Shown here piece after piece: positions 1-13,300 of a stretch of 64,000 bases of DNA. The DNA lies in NCBI RefSeq assembly GCF_009834535.1, contig NC_045697.1:118112001-118176000 (forward strand). The letters are read 5' to 3'. The notes under the pieces were generated by a model. The model had not been told where the DNA came from, made no database searches, and saw only the letters and a program-made list of their open reading frames with translations. The DNA comes from Camelus ferus. Its lineage: Eukaryota. Made by a program: the position numbers and the translations under genes. The first letter of the stretch is position 1; every line of letters begins with the position of its first letter.

Positions 1-1550
1 GAAATAAATCTGAATGCCCTTGACTGGCTGAAAATGTGAGCATGCACTCTGTGGCTCACTGAAGGCACACCACTTACTTATATCTAAATACTTCTTTGAT
101 GAATCCGTAGAAGAATTTCTTTTCTTTTTCAACTTCTAGTTTGTTTGATATTCAGCTTTTTATTTTAAGAATTCCAGATTATTCTTCGTCGGTGAGAATC
201 CAGCAGATATCTTTCTGTTACCTGAGAAGATATGATTGTGTGAAGAGACTTATACAGTCTTAGTACAAAACTCACACAGAGGGAAGATGAAAATGGTAGG
301 GAGAGGAGGGTAAATGTCCTGTTGTTATCTCCTCTTTCACTCACAGAGTATTCAAGGTTTTAATTAAAGTCAATTAAAAATGTTTTCCCAGGCTTCAGGC
401 ACCTGAGAGAATCATGGAAGTCTTTAGAGCTGTGGTGAAGGATCTTTTTTTTTAAGCATAAAAAATGGCTTTATTAATTTGGCTCATCCTTTCTGCAGCC
501 AGAAAGCAGCTCCCGTCCCTCTTTGAAGCTTCCATCAGGCGCCCTGCCAGGTGCAACACCAGCCTCATTCCTGTGCCGAGATCCTGTCTTTGTGTTTGTG
601 CCTCAGGGCAGGTTTCAAAACTCATGGATCAAGTTCTCCGTTCAGCCAGTCTTTAAAAACTGGGCCATTTCTAAATGAGCTATTTCAGCCCCGAGAAAGA
701 AGTATTTGTTGAACCTTGACTTCTGGAATGTTCCATTCTTCAATTCTCTACATAACACATTTCCTACAGTTCCTGAGTCCTGAATTATTAACTGGGTCTC
801 ATAGAGAAGGAATGAGACTCAGCAATTAGAGAAAAAATTTTAGTTTGATTTATCCTGTCAGTCAAAGAAAAGTGTTGGAGACCTTTAAAAAATATGCTTT
901 TGGGAAAAAGACTTTAAACTGTGTGATTCAAAATCCATGTTGTAAATAAACATCACAGAAATTTGGAAAGTCCTCCACTCCGTGAGACTGGAGAGATAAA
1001 GGCCATGATCAGAAATAGTCTACACTTCTGCTTTTCAGTGTAGGAAAAAGAAGGTCCCGGAAAGTGTTTAAGGATTAAAATGGTCATATGTTTAAAAACC
1101 AAGAAAAGTGGAATGGCCCTTAAAAAAAATTCCAAATAATATTTTGTTTGAAATCCCTTCTAAAATCAGAATGCAGATGAAAACTTTTGGAATGAAATGA
1201 GATGGAAACACCTTGGACAATTTGTGGCAAGAAGTCGTTGAGTCAAAGGCTGAATCCTACAGAGTTTGACTAACTCCTGAATTTTAGAAAAGTAAGGTAG
1301 CTTGAAAAGTCTGTTTGCTCTGCCCAATACAGGTGCCATAAGAACTAGAGATTTGTCTGCTTCCATGAACTGTTGTGTTCCTATTTTTCTTTAATTTATT
1401 TTGCTATACTATTATTTATAGTTGTGAAAAATCTAGTTTTTATTTTTACATAAGTAAAAACTCCCAAACCTAGTGGGGTTAATTCTATGGAGCTTCAAGA
1501 ATTGTTTTCATAATGGATTCTATGGTATTATTCAGAGCCTTTATTTTTGC

Positions 1551-1791
1551 TTTAAATTTTTTTAAACTAAAGTAGAGCTGATTTATAATGTTGTGTTAGT
1601 TTCTGATGTACAGCAAAGTGATTCAGTTATATATATATATTCTGAATATATATACTTTTTCAGATTCTTTTCCATCATAGGTTATTACAAGATATTGAAT
1701 ATAGTTCCCAGTGCTATCCAGTAGATCCTTGTTGTTTATGTATTTTATATATAATACTGTGTATCTGCTAATCCCAAATTCCTAATTTATC
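1551..1791 (-). mobile_element. L1 3' end (cetartiodactyl-type 3' UTR), 5'-truncated
   Basis: T-rich tail then TGTTAGTTTCTGATGTACAGCAAAGTGATTCAGTTAT...GGTTATTACAAGATATTGAATATAGTTCCC, the reverse complement of the artiodactyl L1 3' terminus; homologous to 2502-2905 and 6348-6563. Confidence 0.9.
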
Positions 1792-2501
1792 TAATTTATT
1801 TGTAAACACTATTATCCTTGCAGTTAAGTTGCTGTCATTTCTGAGCAGTGACTTGACAGGATTCAGTATGAATTCAGTATGTGTTGTTCTAATCACATAA
1901 ATGTGCAGGGTCTTGTCAATACTGTGATGGATAATTCAAACTCAAATGTCTTTAAGCAAACCAAACACTGGGTTCAAATATACCAACATTTATTGAAGAA
2001 ATCATCTCCACTTTCTACCACTAATTATTCTGCTTTGTTCTCATCAGGTCCTCATGATCATTATTACCAAAAAATTTCGATTCTTTGGAACTTCCCAAAC
2101 TTTTGAAATGAGACATGATATTTTTATTTGAGTCACTGGAAACTTAGTCATGAGTGTTAATTTGGGGATTCATCTAAGATTAGTTGTAAGTTTTAAAAAT
2201 TCTGAATAAATCCCTGACCTTAAACAGCACAGGTTTTTTTAAAGCAGCAAGTCTACTAAAAGCTATAAAAGGAAAGAAATCAAACAGAAAGGACATTTGC
2301 ATATTTAAAAGTTTTCATCTTCCTCTTGGTAATATCAGTAACGATAAAAGGCAGTGCATTTCCAGTAACATTTAAAAGAAAAAGATGGTTTTCTTACTTG
2401 TAAACCTTTTTTTTATTCACAACATCTGCCTTTTAGATATTTACACAATTTCATAGAATCTTTCATTTTGTTCACTAGATTTCTTCTTTGATTCTTAACC
2501 A

Positions 2502-2905
2502 TTTTTATTTCTTTTTTAAAAAATTGAAGTATAGCTGATTTATAAGGTTGTGTTAGTTTCTAATGTACAGCATAGTGATTCAGTTATACACATATTTATA
2601 TAATCTTTTTCATATTCTTTTTCATTATAGGTTATTGCAAGCTATTGAATACAGCTCCCTGTGCTGTACAGTAGGTCCATGTTGTTTATCTATTTTATAT
2701 ACAGTAGTGTGTATCTGCCAATCCCAAACTCTCAGTTTATTCCCTCCCCCTTTCCCCACTGGTAACCATAAATCTGTTTTCTATGTCGGTGAGTCTGTTC
2801 TGTTTTGTAAATAAGTTCATTTGTGTCTTTTTTTTTTAAGATTCCAAATATAAGTGATATGGTATAATATTTGTTTTCTCTGTCTGACTTACTTCACTTA
2901 GTGTG
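2502..2905 (-). mobile_element. L1 3' UTR fragment
   Basis: TTGAAGTATAGCTGATTTA...GGTAACCATAAATCTGTTTTCTATGTC...CTGACTTACTTCACTTAG; same family as 1551-1791. Confidence 0.9.
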
Positions 2906-3074
2906 CTAAGCTAATCTTTTTCATGTGATTTTAACTTATTGAGAAAGTTTTTATTGCTTGCTTAACTAAATATATCAATTTGTTACCTAAAGTTTCTGAA
3001 ACTATTTAAATTTCTACATTACCTAAAGACTAGATTTGAGTATCACAATTTGAGTGAAAACATGAAAGATTTTT

Positions 3075-4600
3075 AAATTCAACAAATATTCACTGAATAA
3101 CTACGGTGCTCAAGGTCCTTTGTTTAATGCCGCAGGAGCAGACAGAATAAGAGTCACTCAAGGAGCTTATAATGTATTCAGTTGGGGTATTGTATCTGAA
3201 ATACAAGTCAGAATGGGCTAACTGCCATTATATGAAGGTTTTAAAATGGTGGAGAGGATTAGAAAAGACATATTTGAAGGAGGTGAAATATGAACTGGTG
3301 GTCTTTAGAGATAAGTAGGATTGACATGATGTCTGGCAGGAGGGAGAGGTGGAAGGGATTCCTGGGAATGGATGGAGCGTGAATAATGTCTCAGAAGAGG
3401 AAAATGTCGGGGACACGTTTGGAGCTGAGCGTAAGTGGATTATTGGACATTCACTGGGGATCAGTGGGTTATAAAGCTGGAAAAGGAGGCAGAGGCCACC
3501 TTGGAGAGGACTTGAATATTCGACGGCATGCACTCCAAGAGGCGACTGAGGGTCCTTAAGAAGAGACCTGGTAACTGAAAAAAATAATAACTGGGCATTG
3601 GCATTTTCAGAGGATTAGAGCAGAAAGCCCTGCAGGCAAGAAAGCAATTTATGAAGATTTGCAATAAACATTGTGGTTTAAGTGGAATTGAAAGGCATTG
3701 TGGACTTTACAATTGTGTGAATACAGCCCAAAATGTCATAAATGATCAAAGGCTGTGTCTTGGTGAATGAGCAGATAGAAGCATCTTTGAAAGAGACAGG
3801 CGTCAGAGGAGGAGTGGGCTGTGAAGGAGAAAGTGCAACAACTTCTCTGGTCCTGTGAACTTCCTGGGGTGGGGGGGCATCCAGCAGACAACGTTTTCAA
3901 GTTCTGTTCCAGCCATTTCTTGGGAGGGAGGACGTCTGGACTGGACAGAGGAGAGGGGAGTCATTTCCAGACAAGTCTGCTAAAGACCACGAGGACTGAT
4001 GAGGAAATGAGGGGCAGAGTACACTGAGAAGAGACATGCACACTGAGAAAGTCTACCTGGAGAAATGAGTTGCAATGAGGGTGGGGAGAAAGAAAGAATT
4101 ACACAACAATTAAAAAAGAAAAGTCAAAATTACATGGGAAGAAAAATCAGATGCTTGTGTGGCGGATGTCAGGAAAGATAAACTACAGCAGAACAAGGAT
4201 GAGAAGAATGGGGACAAGACCTCTGGCCTGGAGGTGAGGACCTTGTGGGCACATTAGTAACGGGAGTTTCCCAAGACAAGCAGAGAAGACAGACCACAAG
4301 ATGGTGGTGGCGGGGTGGGTGGTGTCAGAGCAGCGGGACTGGATGGAGATGCCTCGCAAGTGGTGTGACCGTGGAGACTGAGCAACAGCTTGAAGAACCA
4401 GCAGAACCCAAGGATCACATGACTCCATGTATTGGATGGAAACACTTGTGCATGCGAGAAAGCAGCAGAGAGGAAAGCCATGGAGTTAGGAGATATGAGA
4501 ACTGGGTAATGCCTTAGAGAGGGAAGGATGCAGAGCGCAGGCAGGTGAACTGTGTCAGAGTATCATCTGTTTCTCAGAAACCACCAAGAAAAAGCGACTA
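3075..4600 (-). mobile_element. Decayed L2 LINE; right boundary approximate
   Basis: Starts ATTCAACAAATATTCACTGAATAACTAC (reverse L2 3' end), then purine-rich GGAGGTGAAATATGAACTG...GAAGGGATTCCTGGG typical of antisense L2. Confidence 0.6.
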
Positions 4601-5599
4601 CGAAGGGCAGTGCATGTGTGTTTGTGTTTGGAAAAACGGTCATTTTTTTCCTCTTTGGTGATGACTCCAGATAGACCTCAGTCTCCGTGAGCTGGGATGT
4701 AAGGTCACAGTGAGGTTGGGGACTCGTGTGAGGGGTGTTTAAGTGCTCCATAAGAAGCACCAATCCAAGGACTGCCTCGAAGATATGTGTTACTTCTTGA
4801 TGTCACTCATCATTATTTATCTACTTAATTGTTGTCACAGGTTTCTGATTACATCAAAATAGAAATATGTACGTTTTTAATGAATCCCAACAGCGAAGAG
4901 ACTATGTGTATTTACTGATAAAGCTCTTGATTTTTTTTCCTTCTGATAATTTTGGCCAGACTTAAATTAATTCTCACTTCAGTTTGCCCTGTGGGTATGC
5001 TCTTTGCAAGAATGTGTGCTTACTTAATTCTTACAATGGATGAATTCACATATTAGCCACATTAAGACAATTAGCTGTGTATTATAATTACCCATTTAAA
5101 AACGTGGTCAATATATATGTATATACACATACTGTATAACTTTGCATGTATAAAACCATATGATAATCACAATTTAAATGATATACACTCAGTATAAATT
5201 AATTTTTCCTCCAAAATCATTTAATTCCTATGATCAAACCTATTATGATTGACCAGGTACTTTTAAGGAAATGGTATTAGTTATGTTAGAGAGATTTTAC
5301 TAAGAAGGTCTTAAAATTGGGCATCCAGAATTGCCACACACACACGCACACAGGCACCCACGGTTTCTTAAAATTTGATGAGAAGATATATTAAATCAGA
5401 TGTAAAGGTAATTTCCTTTCTCAACCTGTGGTTCACAAATGCTGTGATATTCTCACACTTTCTGAAAGTAATGTTTAAACTTGTAAGTAAAGGATGATCA
5501 AACATTAAAGGATCAGCAGAAATAAACTTGCTCATGTTGAGAAATATCCAGCAAGCTTCTGCTTCTTAACTCACAATATTCTAGGTTCCTCAGCCTTCC

Positions 5600-5953
5600 T
5601 TGTACCTCAGTGAAACAATGTGATAAAGTTTTGGCCACATGTTCCCAGGGGAAAGTAACACACTCCTGCATTTCCAGGCATAGCCATAGAACGTCCTGCA
5701 AGATCATTCATGCTCTCTCTCCTAGCGAGCTGAGCTTGAAGGCAAAGGAATCTGAGATGCTGGAGTTGGAAGATGGAAGGATGCCAAGTATCTGGCACAC
5801 TTCTTGGGGGAGAGCCCCCTAAAGGAGACACAAGGTGAAGCTCCTTGACTTTGAATTTTACACTCACAAGAAGTAAACACTTTACATGCTAAGCCACTGT
5901 GATTTCAGGGTTGTTTCTTATAGCAGCTAACATTACTTACGCTGACCAGTGCA
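5600..5953 (+). mobile_element. MaLR LTR (old MLT1 type)
   Basis: 3' end AAGCCACTGTGATTTCAGGGTTGTTTCTTATAGCAGC...CTGACCAGTGCA resembles the MLT1 terminus; left edge uncertain. Confidence 0.65.
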
Positions 5954-6237
5954 GAATATCTCAGTAAACTAATTCAGTTCCTCCCAAGGAGGAAAAAAAA
6001 ACAAACTTTAGTATTAGTGTAGATCAGTTTTTTCTAAACTCAGCATTTTTAATAATGCTTTCCCTGATAAGCCTGCAATTTATAGGAAAAGCAAAGTTAA
6101 ACATTTCTTTACTATAGGTCTTCTTGGAATCTAACATTATTGTAAATATTTGTATGTTATTTTCCTTTCTCTTGATGCCTCACACCCATTTCAGTGACTT
6201 CAATGTCTTTGTGTCTTCAATCCTAGTTCCAAATTTA

Positions 6238-6884
6238 AAGGAAGACCTTGGAGATATTGCAAATTTGGTGCCAGAACATCACAATAAAGCAAATATTACA
6301 GTAAAGCAAATCACATGCTTTTTTTGTTTTGTTTTGTTTCTCAGTGCATAAATTAGGAGTTTGGGATTAGCAGATATTAACTACTGTATATAACACAGAT
6401 AAACAAGGTCCCACTGTATAGCACAGGGACCTACATTCAATATCTTGTAATAACCTATAATGGAAAAATATGAAAAGGAATATATAAATGTGCGTGGATC
6501 TGAATCACTTTGTTGTACACCAGGAACTAACAACATTGTAAATTAATTACACTTCAATAAAAAGATATATTTACACTATACTGTAGTCTATTAAATGTGC
6601 AATAGCATGTCTAAAAAAAAGAATGTACATACCTTAATTGAAAAATACTCTATTCCTGAAAAATGTTAACCATCACCTGAGGCTTTAGCAAGTTGTAATC
6701 TTTTTGCTGGTGGAGGGTTTGGAATATTGTGAGAATTAGCAAAATGTGACACAAGACATGAAGTGAGCAAACACTGTTAGAAAAAAATGGGGCTGAAAGA
6801 CTTGCTCAATGCAGGGTTGCCACAAAACCTTCAATTTGTAAAAAATGCAGTATCTGCAAAGTGCAATAAAATAAGGTATGCCTA
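6238..6884 (-). mobile_element. Internally deleted Tigger1 (Tigger1a-like Tc1/mariner element), interrupted by an L1
   Basis: Both ends present: GACCTTGGAGATATTGC...CAATAAAGCAAATATT at left and GCAGGGTTGCCACAAAACCTTCAATTTGTAAAAAATGCAGTATCTGC...AGGTATGCCT at right; TA at 6236-6237. Confidence 0.88.
6348..6563 (+). mobile_element. L1 3' end nested in Tigger1
   Basis: TAGGAGTTTGGGATTAGCAGAT...CTGTATAGCACAGGGA...ACTTCAATAAAAA; Tigger sequence GTGCATA|...|GATATATTTACACTATACTGTAG resumes after it. Confidence 0.9.
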
Positions 6885-7489
6885 GACTATGCCTTCTTAC
6901 TCTAAAATTTTCCTCATAGTCAATCTTAACAACCCACACTGGTAGTAGATCCTGAATATTGCCGTTAGTTCTTCTGGTCAGTTCATGAATTTGGAAACTC
7001 TAGTATGCTGATCTCTCATCAGACACTTCTCTCATTCCAGACCTCCCTCATCTATTCCTTTAATACCTGTTCTCTGTTTACTATTCCTCTGGACCTTTTT
7101 TTTCCCCACCATCATTAGTAGGCTTCCCTCACGACTCGCTACTCCAGCTGATATCCTCTGCATCTTTAATTCAGTCTCTTTTTTACTGACATCGTCAAAG
7201 CCTTCACTGTCTAGACTCCCAGAACACTTTCTGAAAACTCCTAAACTTGAATTGCTCCAACAACTTGCAGAGTTTGCTTCTATGTGTATGGAGTGTTGGA
7301 TGCTGTTTAAGGAAAAAAACATGTTACTGACATGAACCGGTCTCTCTACAAATATGTAAACTGAATGGGCTAAAGAACAAAGTTCAACCTCTTAGAAAAA
7401 CATAAAAGGAATCTACGATGTGACCCCCACTTACCTCCTCTTCTAAATATATTGTTCAGTGAATCCCTACTCATTTTCCTGCCAAGAAC

Positions 7490-7580
7490 TGTAAGGTCTG
7501 AGGCTTTGCTCTAACTGCAGACTACCAAGTTAGCCTGCTATGATTTCATGGATGTTGGCAGAAAACATGAGACCCTGGTT
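7490..7580. mobile_element. Short ERV LTR-like fragment, family not assigned
   Basis: TGTAAGGTCTGAG...CAAGTTAGCCTGC...TTTCATGGATGTTGGCAGAA resembles a eutherian LTR terminus; abuts the MER21-like LTR. Confidence 0.5.
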
Positions 7581-7585
7581 AAGGG

Positions 7586-8100
7586 TGTGCAGTGAAGAAT
7601 TTCACCTTGCCGCAAGAGAGGTCTGGCTTTTGTTCTCAGTTCCTGGGAGGTGACTGCTAAGCTCTTGGAATGTACTTCTTGTTTACCTGGAGCTTTGAGC
7701 CGTGCTAGATGGTGTAACAGTGTGATTCATGGTGGAGATTTGCAGTCTTGTCATATCAGCTAGACTTCTGGGGGGAGCTGGAGATTAAGGCTGGCCGCAT
7801 GAACCATATCTACATGACAGAGCCCCTAAAAAGCCTCTGGATGTCAGGGCTCAAGTGAGTGTCCCTGGTTGGGAACACGCAATGCGCATCATCACATGCC
7901 GTTACTGGGAGAAGACAGCTAGCACCTCTGTGTCTGGAATTCTTGGATTCTGTTCTCCGTGTTTCTCCCTCTGCTGATTTGATCTACCCTTTTTCTGTAG
8001 TAAACCTTAATTGTGAGTAAAACAGCTTTCAGGGAGGTTTCGTTGAGTCCTTGAGTCCTCCTAGAAAATTATCAAAGCTGAAGGTGGTTGGTAACCCCCA
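7586..8100 (+). mobile_element. MER21-like solo LTR
   Basis: TGTGCAGTGAAGAATTT...GGCTCAAGTGAGTGTCCCTGGTTGG...GTAAACCTTAATTGTGAGTAAAACAGCTTT...TGAGTCCTCCTAGAAAATTATCAAAGCTGAAGGTGG. Confidence 0.75.
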
Positions 8101-8369
8101 AAAGGTCAACGACCCCTGTTGTTTGTATCAGAAGTCCTAAAAACTTTTTAGGTAATGATTAAGATTAGGCCAGAAGCAAATTAAGTTAGCTCTGTTTTTT
8201 GTTTTTTTCACTTGTTTGTTTTTTCAACTACATGCATGGTAATAACTCAGAAAACAGAATTATTCAGTGACTGAAGATTCCAGTTTTATCTATAAGGGTC
8301 CTTTTTATGGAACTTTAAGAACACAGTTCTTACCAGCTGGTTCCATAACGACTTACTCCCTAGAATCCA

Positions 8370-8952
8370 GCCCTTGCCCACCCTGTCCACATCTACACCT
8401 GGACTGAAGACATTATTCTTCATTGACTTGGCTCGATAGCCTCCTGCCTTTCCTCCTTGGTGTCTCATTCAACAGCTGGAGTGATCACTGTGAAATGCAA
8501 ATCAGACCATGTCCCTCCCCTGCTCAAAACCCTGCAAGTCTCCTCTTTCCCTCCCAGCAAAAGCCTAGTGCTGCACGAAGACCTCCTTAGGGCTTTTGAG
8601 CTGGCTGTTCCTCACCTGAAATGCGCTTCCACCACTCAGTCCACGGGAACAACCGTTAACCCTACACGTCACCTGCTTCAAGAGGACCCGCCCAGTGAGC
8701 GCCACGCTAAACACATGACCGGAATTACAAACGGAGCCCACACCCTAGGCTCTCTCGCTCTTAACGTTTGACTACTTTTGCTTTTTATTTTCTGCGACTG
8801 TTATCGTTTGCTCACTTATATATCGTGTATTGTAGGTTTCCTCCAGAAGGTAAGCTCCCTGAGGGCAGAGAGCTTTGTCTGCTTTGTTCACCAGTGGTTA
8901 CAGTGCACTTAGAACAGTGTCTGGTGCATAGTAGGTGGTCAACAAGTTTTTT
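8370..8952 (+). mobile_element. L2 LINE 3' part
   Basis: AAATCAGACCATGTCCCTCCCCTGCTCAAAACCCTGCAA and terminal AGAACAGTGTCTGGTGCATAGTAGGTGGTCAACAA. Confidence 0.8.
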
Positions 8953-10087
8953 CTCTGTGATCCAATTCCTAATGACTCAGGGATGTTCGTGCCATTGTCC
9001 CTGCTCTAGGACCTGCGCTGTTTCCAGTTGGAAGAGGGGACGGTGAGAGATGAGGGCGAACAGTAGGGGATGAGACCACATTGGGAAGGCTGAGTTTAAG
9101 GCATTGTCTGGACAGTGTGAGACTCCAGGTACTCAGGCTCTTGACCCACTTCCTTGACTCTGCAACCTACCTGATGGTGGAGGATGCTAACACAGCGCCC
9201 TCTGTGTGAACCTACATGAGCCACTCACATTGCGTTTGGGAATCCCTCCCCAGCCTAGGAGAAAGGAATGATTTTTAACCACATTAAGTATGCTTCTCAT
9301 TGAATGCTATGTTCCCATCTCTTAGTTGCATACATGTTATACATTACTTTCTGTTTTATTTTATTTTATTATTTAAATAATTATCCACTCTTTTATCTAG
9401 TTATTTTCCTGTAGGGCAGATCACTTATTTCCCACAGTCTTCAAATCTGTTACTTTCTCTCCTTAGTAATCACATAACCTGGCTCTTATCTTTGCTGTGA
9501 TAACTGTAGGAGAAGCCAGAACAGAAATCTGTCTCCAGTGAGCAGCCCTGATGCATAAACAAAGTGTGGTTTCCATGGTAGTAGATAATCATGCCTTTGG
9601 GTATTTCAAAGCAGGAAGCTTAAATCTGAGATCTTGATTTTGGCAGTATGTGTTTTTCTACTGATAACACTTTGGAAAGATGTAGGTGTGTGGTTGTGAG
9701 GGTGGCAAATATTTCTGACTCTTTAGAAATTTATTTTTACTGTAACTGGTAACTAAGTATGACTCATTCAGCTAGAGTATAGATGATGCTTTATCACATA
9801 ATAGTGAGATTCATAAATGTTTCCTCTGTAAGACTGACTCAATGAATACTTGTAAATTTTTTCCCTCACTCTTTCCTCAAGCAAGAAATCTGATTTTTAA
9901 CAATTGTAGGTATTTTCAAAAAATGAGTTTTTTCCTCTTTTTTCATAAAATTCAACTTTAATACAATATTTTAATGTCTTTTTTAAGTTTCATCAACAGG
10001 AGTTTTATTTATTTTCCCATAAGACACTGGGGTTTGTAATTAGATAAATTGTTGAATTTTTTTCTGCTTATAGTGTTCCTGTATGTC

Positions 10088-10142
<55 letters not shown>

Positions 10143-10143
10143 T
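10088..10143. repeat. (TTTA)n microsatellite, about 13-14 units, derived from the L1 tail
   Basis: Direct reading. Confidence 0.95.
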
Positions 10144-10218
10144 CTTAAATTTTATTTTTTATTGAAATGTAGTTGACTTACAATGTTAGCTTCAAGTGTA
10201 CAGCAAAGTGATTCAATT
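10092..10218 (-). mobile_element. Very short L1 3' end with (TAAA)n tail and 12-bp TSD
   Basis: TGTATGTCTTAT at 10080-10091 and 10219-10230; body ATTGAAATGTAGTTGACTTACAATGTTAG...GTACAGCAAAGTGATTCA. Confidence 0.9.
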
Positions 10219-12271
10219 TGTATGTCTTATCAGTAAAGGACAAGTTACCAAGTTTCCTCACACTGAGCATATTCATTTTTTGAGAGGATATTAATCCATC
10301 AGAGATAAAACCAAAAGACAATATTGTAAGCAATACCTGATATGAGACCAGACGGAAATAATGCTCAGCAGTGTTAAGAACAAGTCTGTGCACTGACATG
10401 TTCTTCAAACAACGTGGTATTTAGATCTAATGATATTTCCCACTTGGAAAGTAAATCGCTGAATGTGCTTCCTGGCACCGTCTTCCTAGTGCCAGAACAT
10501 GTCGTGTTTTTTCCTTTGAAAGATCTTTCATAAAGGGATCGGTGCCTTCAACTCAAGTTGAGCTAATCCTTACACGCTGGGTTCCTTTATTGCACACCAG
10601 AGAAAAAGAAATTCTGAGTTCCGTATTATGAAAATGAGCCCCTTCAAGTTCTCTCTTTTCTCCACCCTCCTGTCCCCTCAAACCCCACCACTTTCCCTCC
10701 CTGTCTCTGTCTCTGTCTCTGTCTCTCTCTTTCTTCCATATTTCTGGACTTCAAAGAGTCATAAACCCTCTCCTGGCTTTGTTATTCCTCTAATTTCTAA
10801 AGGACAGGGTCATATTTATAGACTGGCATCCTGCCCCTTCAACACAATAGAGCACTGTGTGTAATCATGCCGATTTGTGTTTGACTCTGGACATACACTA
10901 ACTCAGAATAATTAGGCAGTGAGGTAAAACATAGCAATAAACATTCTGAAGCCTTATTGCTTTTCATTAGTTGCACGGGATAACCCAGTGATCTAGTCAC
11001 AGGTAATGGGAGTTGAACGCATTCCAAAGAGTCGGAGAAAGATCTCCTGATACGTGCCCTGAGAATTCACTCCCAAGAGTAACTTGAAGGATGCTTTTGC
11101 CGTTATTCTTGTTACTGCTGTTTTCTGAGAGCCGCCCGAACAGTCAGAATGTTTTCAGTTCAGTGCCCATTATTCAAAAATAATAACATCTTTGATGACT
11201 AACAACAGTGCAAATTGCACATTGTGAAGTAGTGGACAGCAATCCTTGTGATTTTCCACATACAACCTCAGGCGAGCATCACAGACATCTGGTGAGGACT
11301 AACAAGTGCACTTCCGCAGATCAAAGAGTTCAGCGGTGGCAGAAATGGAACGCCCTCTTGGGTAGGTCATCTGACAAAGTGCCTTCCAGGAGAATCTTTG
11401 GTCCAAAGCCATGACCGCTCCCAAGCCACCCTCCGTCCTCATAATGTATTATCCTCAGGAATAAAACATATATATAGGAATTCACTATCATGAAAGACAG
11501 TTGATTCTATTGGGAACATTATGTTAGGGAACATTAGCTTTTTTTTCTTTTTTGAAAGTTGAGCCGAAAACATCTTCCTGAAGCTTTCATACATTCGAGT
11601 TCAAGTTTGCTTGCCTAAGAAATATTTAACTAACCGGAACTCCAAACTAGATTCTCCACTACACTTTCAATTAATCCCAGTGTGAGCTAGATTTCAGGGT
11701 TTCACCATCTTTGCTTTTGACTTTGTAGCCAAGTAGATTTGAGTCTCTTAACGTCTCTCAGCTTGAACTTCATCCTCTGACAAATGAGATATTTAGGTCA
11801 GATCAATGTTTCCCAACCCCAACTGCCCTGCACAGTCATTACCAGTGGTAATAAGTCAGAGGGGACAAGAATAAGGAAGTGGAGGGAAAGCTGGGTGCCC
11901 GTCAAGTTAATATTTGAACTTGGCTGTAGACCAGAGGAAGACCCACTTCCTGTTCTGAACATTGGTGATTTTGCAAACTCTCCAAAAAAGCTCTGCTCTT
12001 CCAAAACTGTGTTGGTGGTTTATGTGGTATTGAGATATTTGTATTGAAAGTAAACATCTCACTATCTCAATGATTAAAAAAGACATAATGTTGAAGATGG
12101 GTTTATTTGACTTTAAAGGGGGCAAAGTTTGAAATACACATCTCTAACTTGAGTGAATTTGAATGTTCTCTTTCCTTTTTGAAAACTTTTATTACTTCAA
12201 CAATGATTATTTGGGGCAATGATGAGTTTGTACCAGAAGCTTAGAAAATTACTCAACATTAGATAACTCAC

Positions 12272-12810
12272 ACTAAAGAGTCTTTGAATGTGGTGACTGA
12301 CTGTACGTTATTTATTCCCTTCTTATAAAATTCACATCTCAGAGGAAACTTCTTAGGGAAAGCAGCGTGGCAAAGTTCCCTATATGAGCTGCTTCTTTTC
12401 TGTACGTGACAGACTTCATGCTGAAGGAAATCCTCAACTAAAGTATCTCTCCTCTGAAACTTTTCTGTCCTCTGCAATTTTTCCCAAGTAGGACAAGTCA
12501 CCGTGTTTCTCGTGCGCCTGGAGCACTCTGCACCGGCTCCTTTTATCTGGCTCCTGTGTGCTCTGGGATTGTTTGTTTTTTCCACTAGACCCACTGGAGG
12601 AATAAAGCCCTGTTTCTTTTTGTGTCTTCATCTCTGGCATATTGGCAATTTTCCACCTATTCATTCCTCTTCCCCTGAACCAGAGAAAGTGGATATCTTG
12701 CAACACATTTCTAGATATACTATGTAGATTTTGTAAGGGATGACATAACCAAAATATGAGAAAGGGAATGCATCAGAGACTCTAAAAGCAGAAGGATGTG
12801 ACTCATCAAA
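12272..12810 (-). promoter_or_regulatory. Candidate promoter and first exon (exon about 12515 to 12272)
   Basis: Repeat-free; minus-strand GATAAAAG at 12547-12540; TGTTTGT forkhead-like site near 12570; TGACTCA 12799-12805; donor AGT|GTGAGT at 12272/12271. Confidence 0.4.
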
Positions 12811-13049
12811 GGAAATTTCAAATGAATACTCTCTTTCTAAGCAGAAAACAAAGAAAAGCAAAGCTTTTTAAATTCCGAAGGTTAAAGGGCAGAGGAAGTG
12901 AACAGAACAATCTCAATGAGGCTTTGTTGGGGGATGGGGGTGGGGGATGGCATATACTAAAGGAAATTGTCAAGATGTCTAATTTTGCTGATCACAGTAA
13001 ATATTTGTTTCATCTTTGTTGTTATTTGTTTAGTTTTTGGTTTGTTTTG

Positions 13050-13300
13050 TCCCACTTCTGAAGCCCCTCACTCTGGGGAGCACCTTCCTGTGGGAGCCTG
13101 GGTGGTCAGGTCCCAGCTCTGGCTGCAGGACACTGTGCCTCTATTTTGCAGTTCCCATTTTGGACACTTGGATTGTTCTTGGCCAATCACATGTCCCCAC
13201 CTGGGTGTCTGAATCCAGAGGAAATGAGCCTGGAGAGGCTGCAGATGCTGCAGTATCAACGTCTGGTTACCAAAGACAGTAGAGGAATTGGGGGAGTAAC
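13050..13300. mobile_element. Possible old ERVL LTR fragment (LTR33/LTR16-like)
   Basis: TTGGCCAATCACATGTCCCCACCTGGG...TGAATCCAGAG pattern; weak. Confidence 0.35.
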
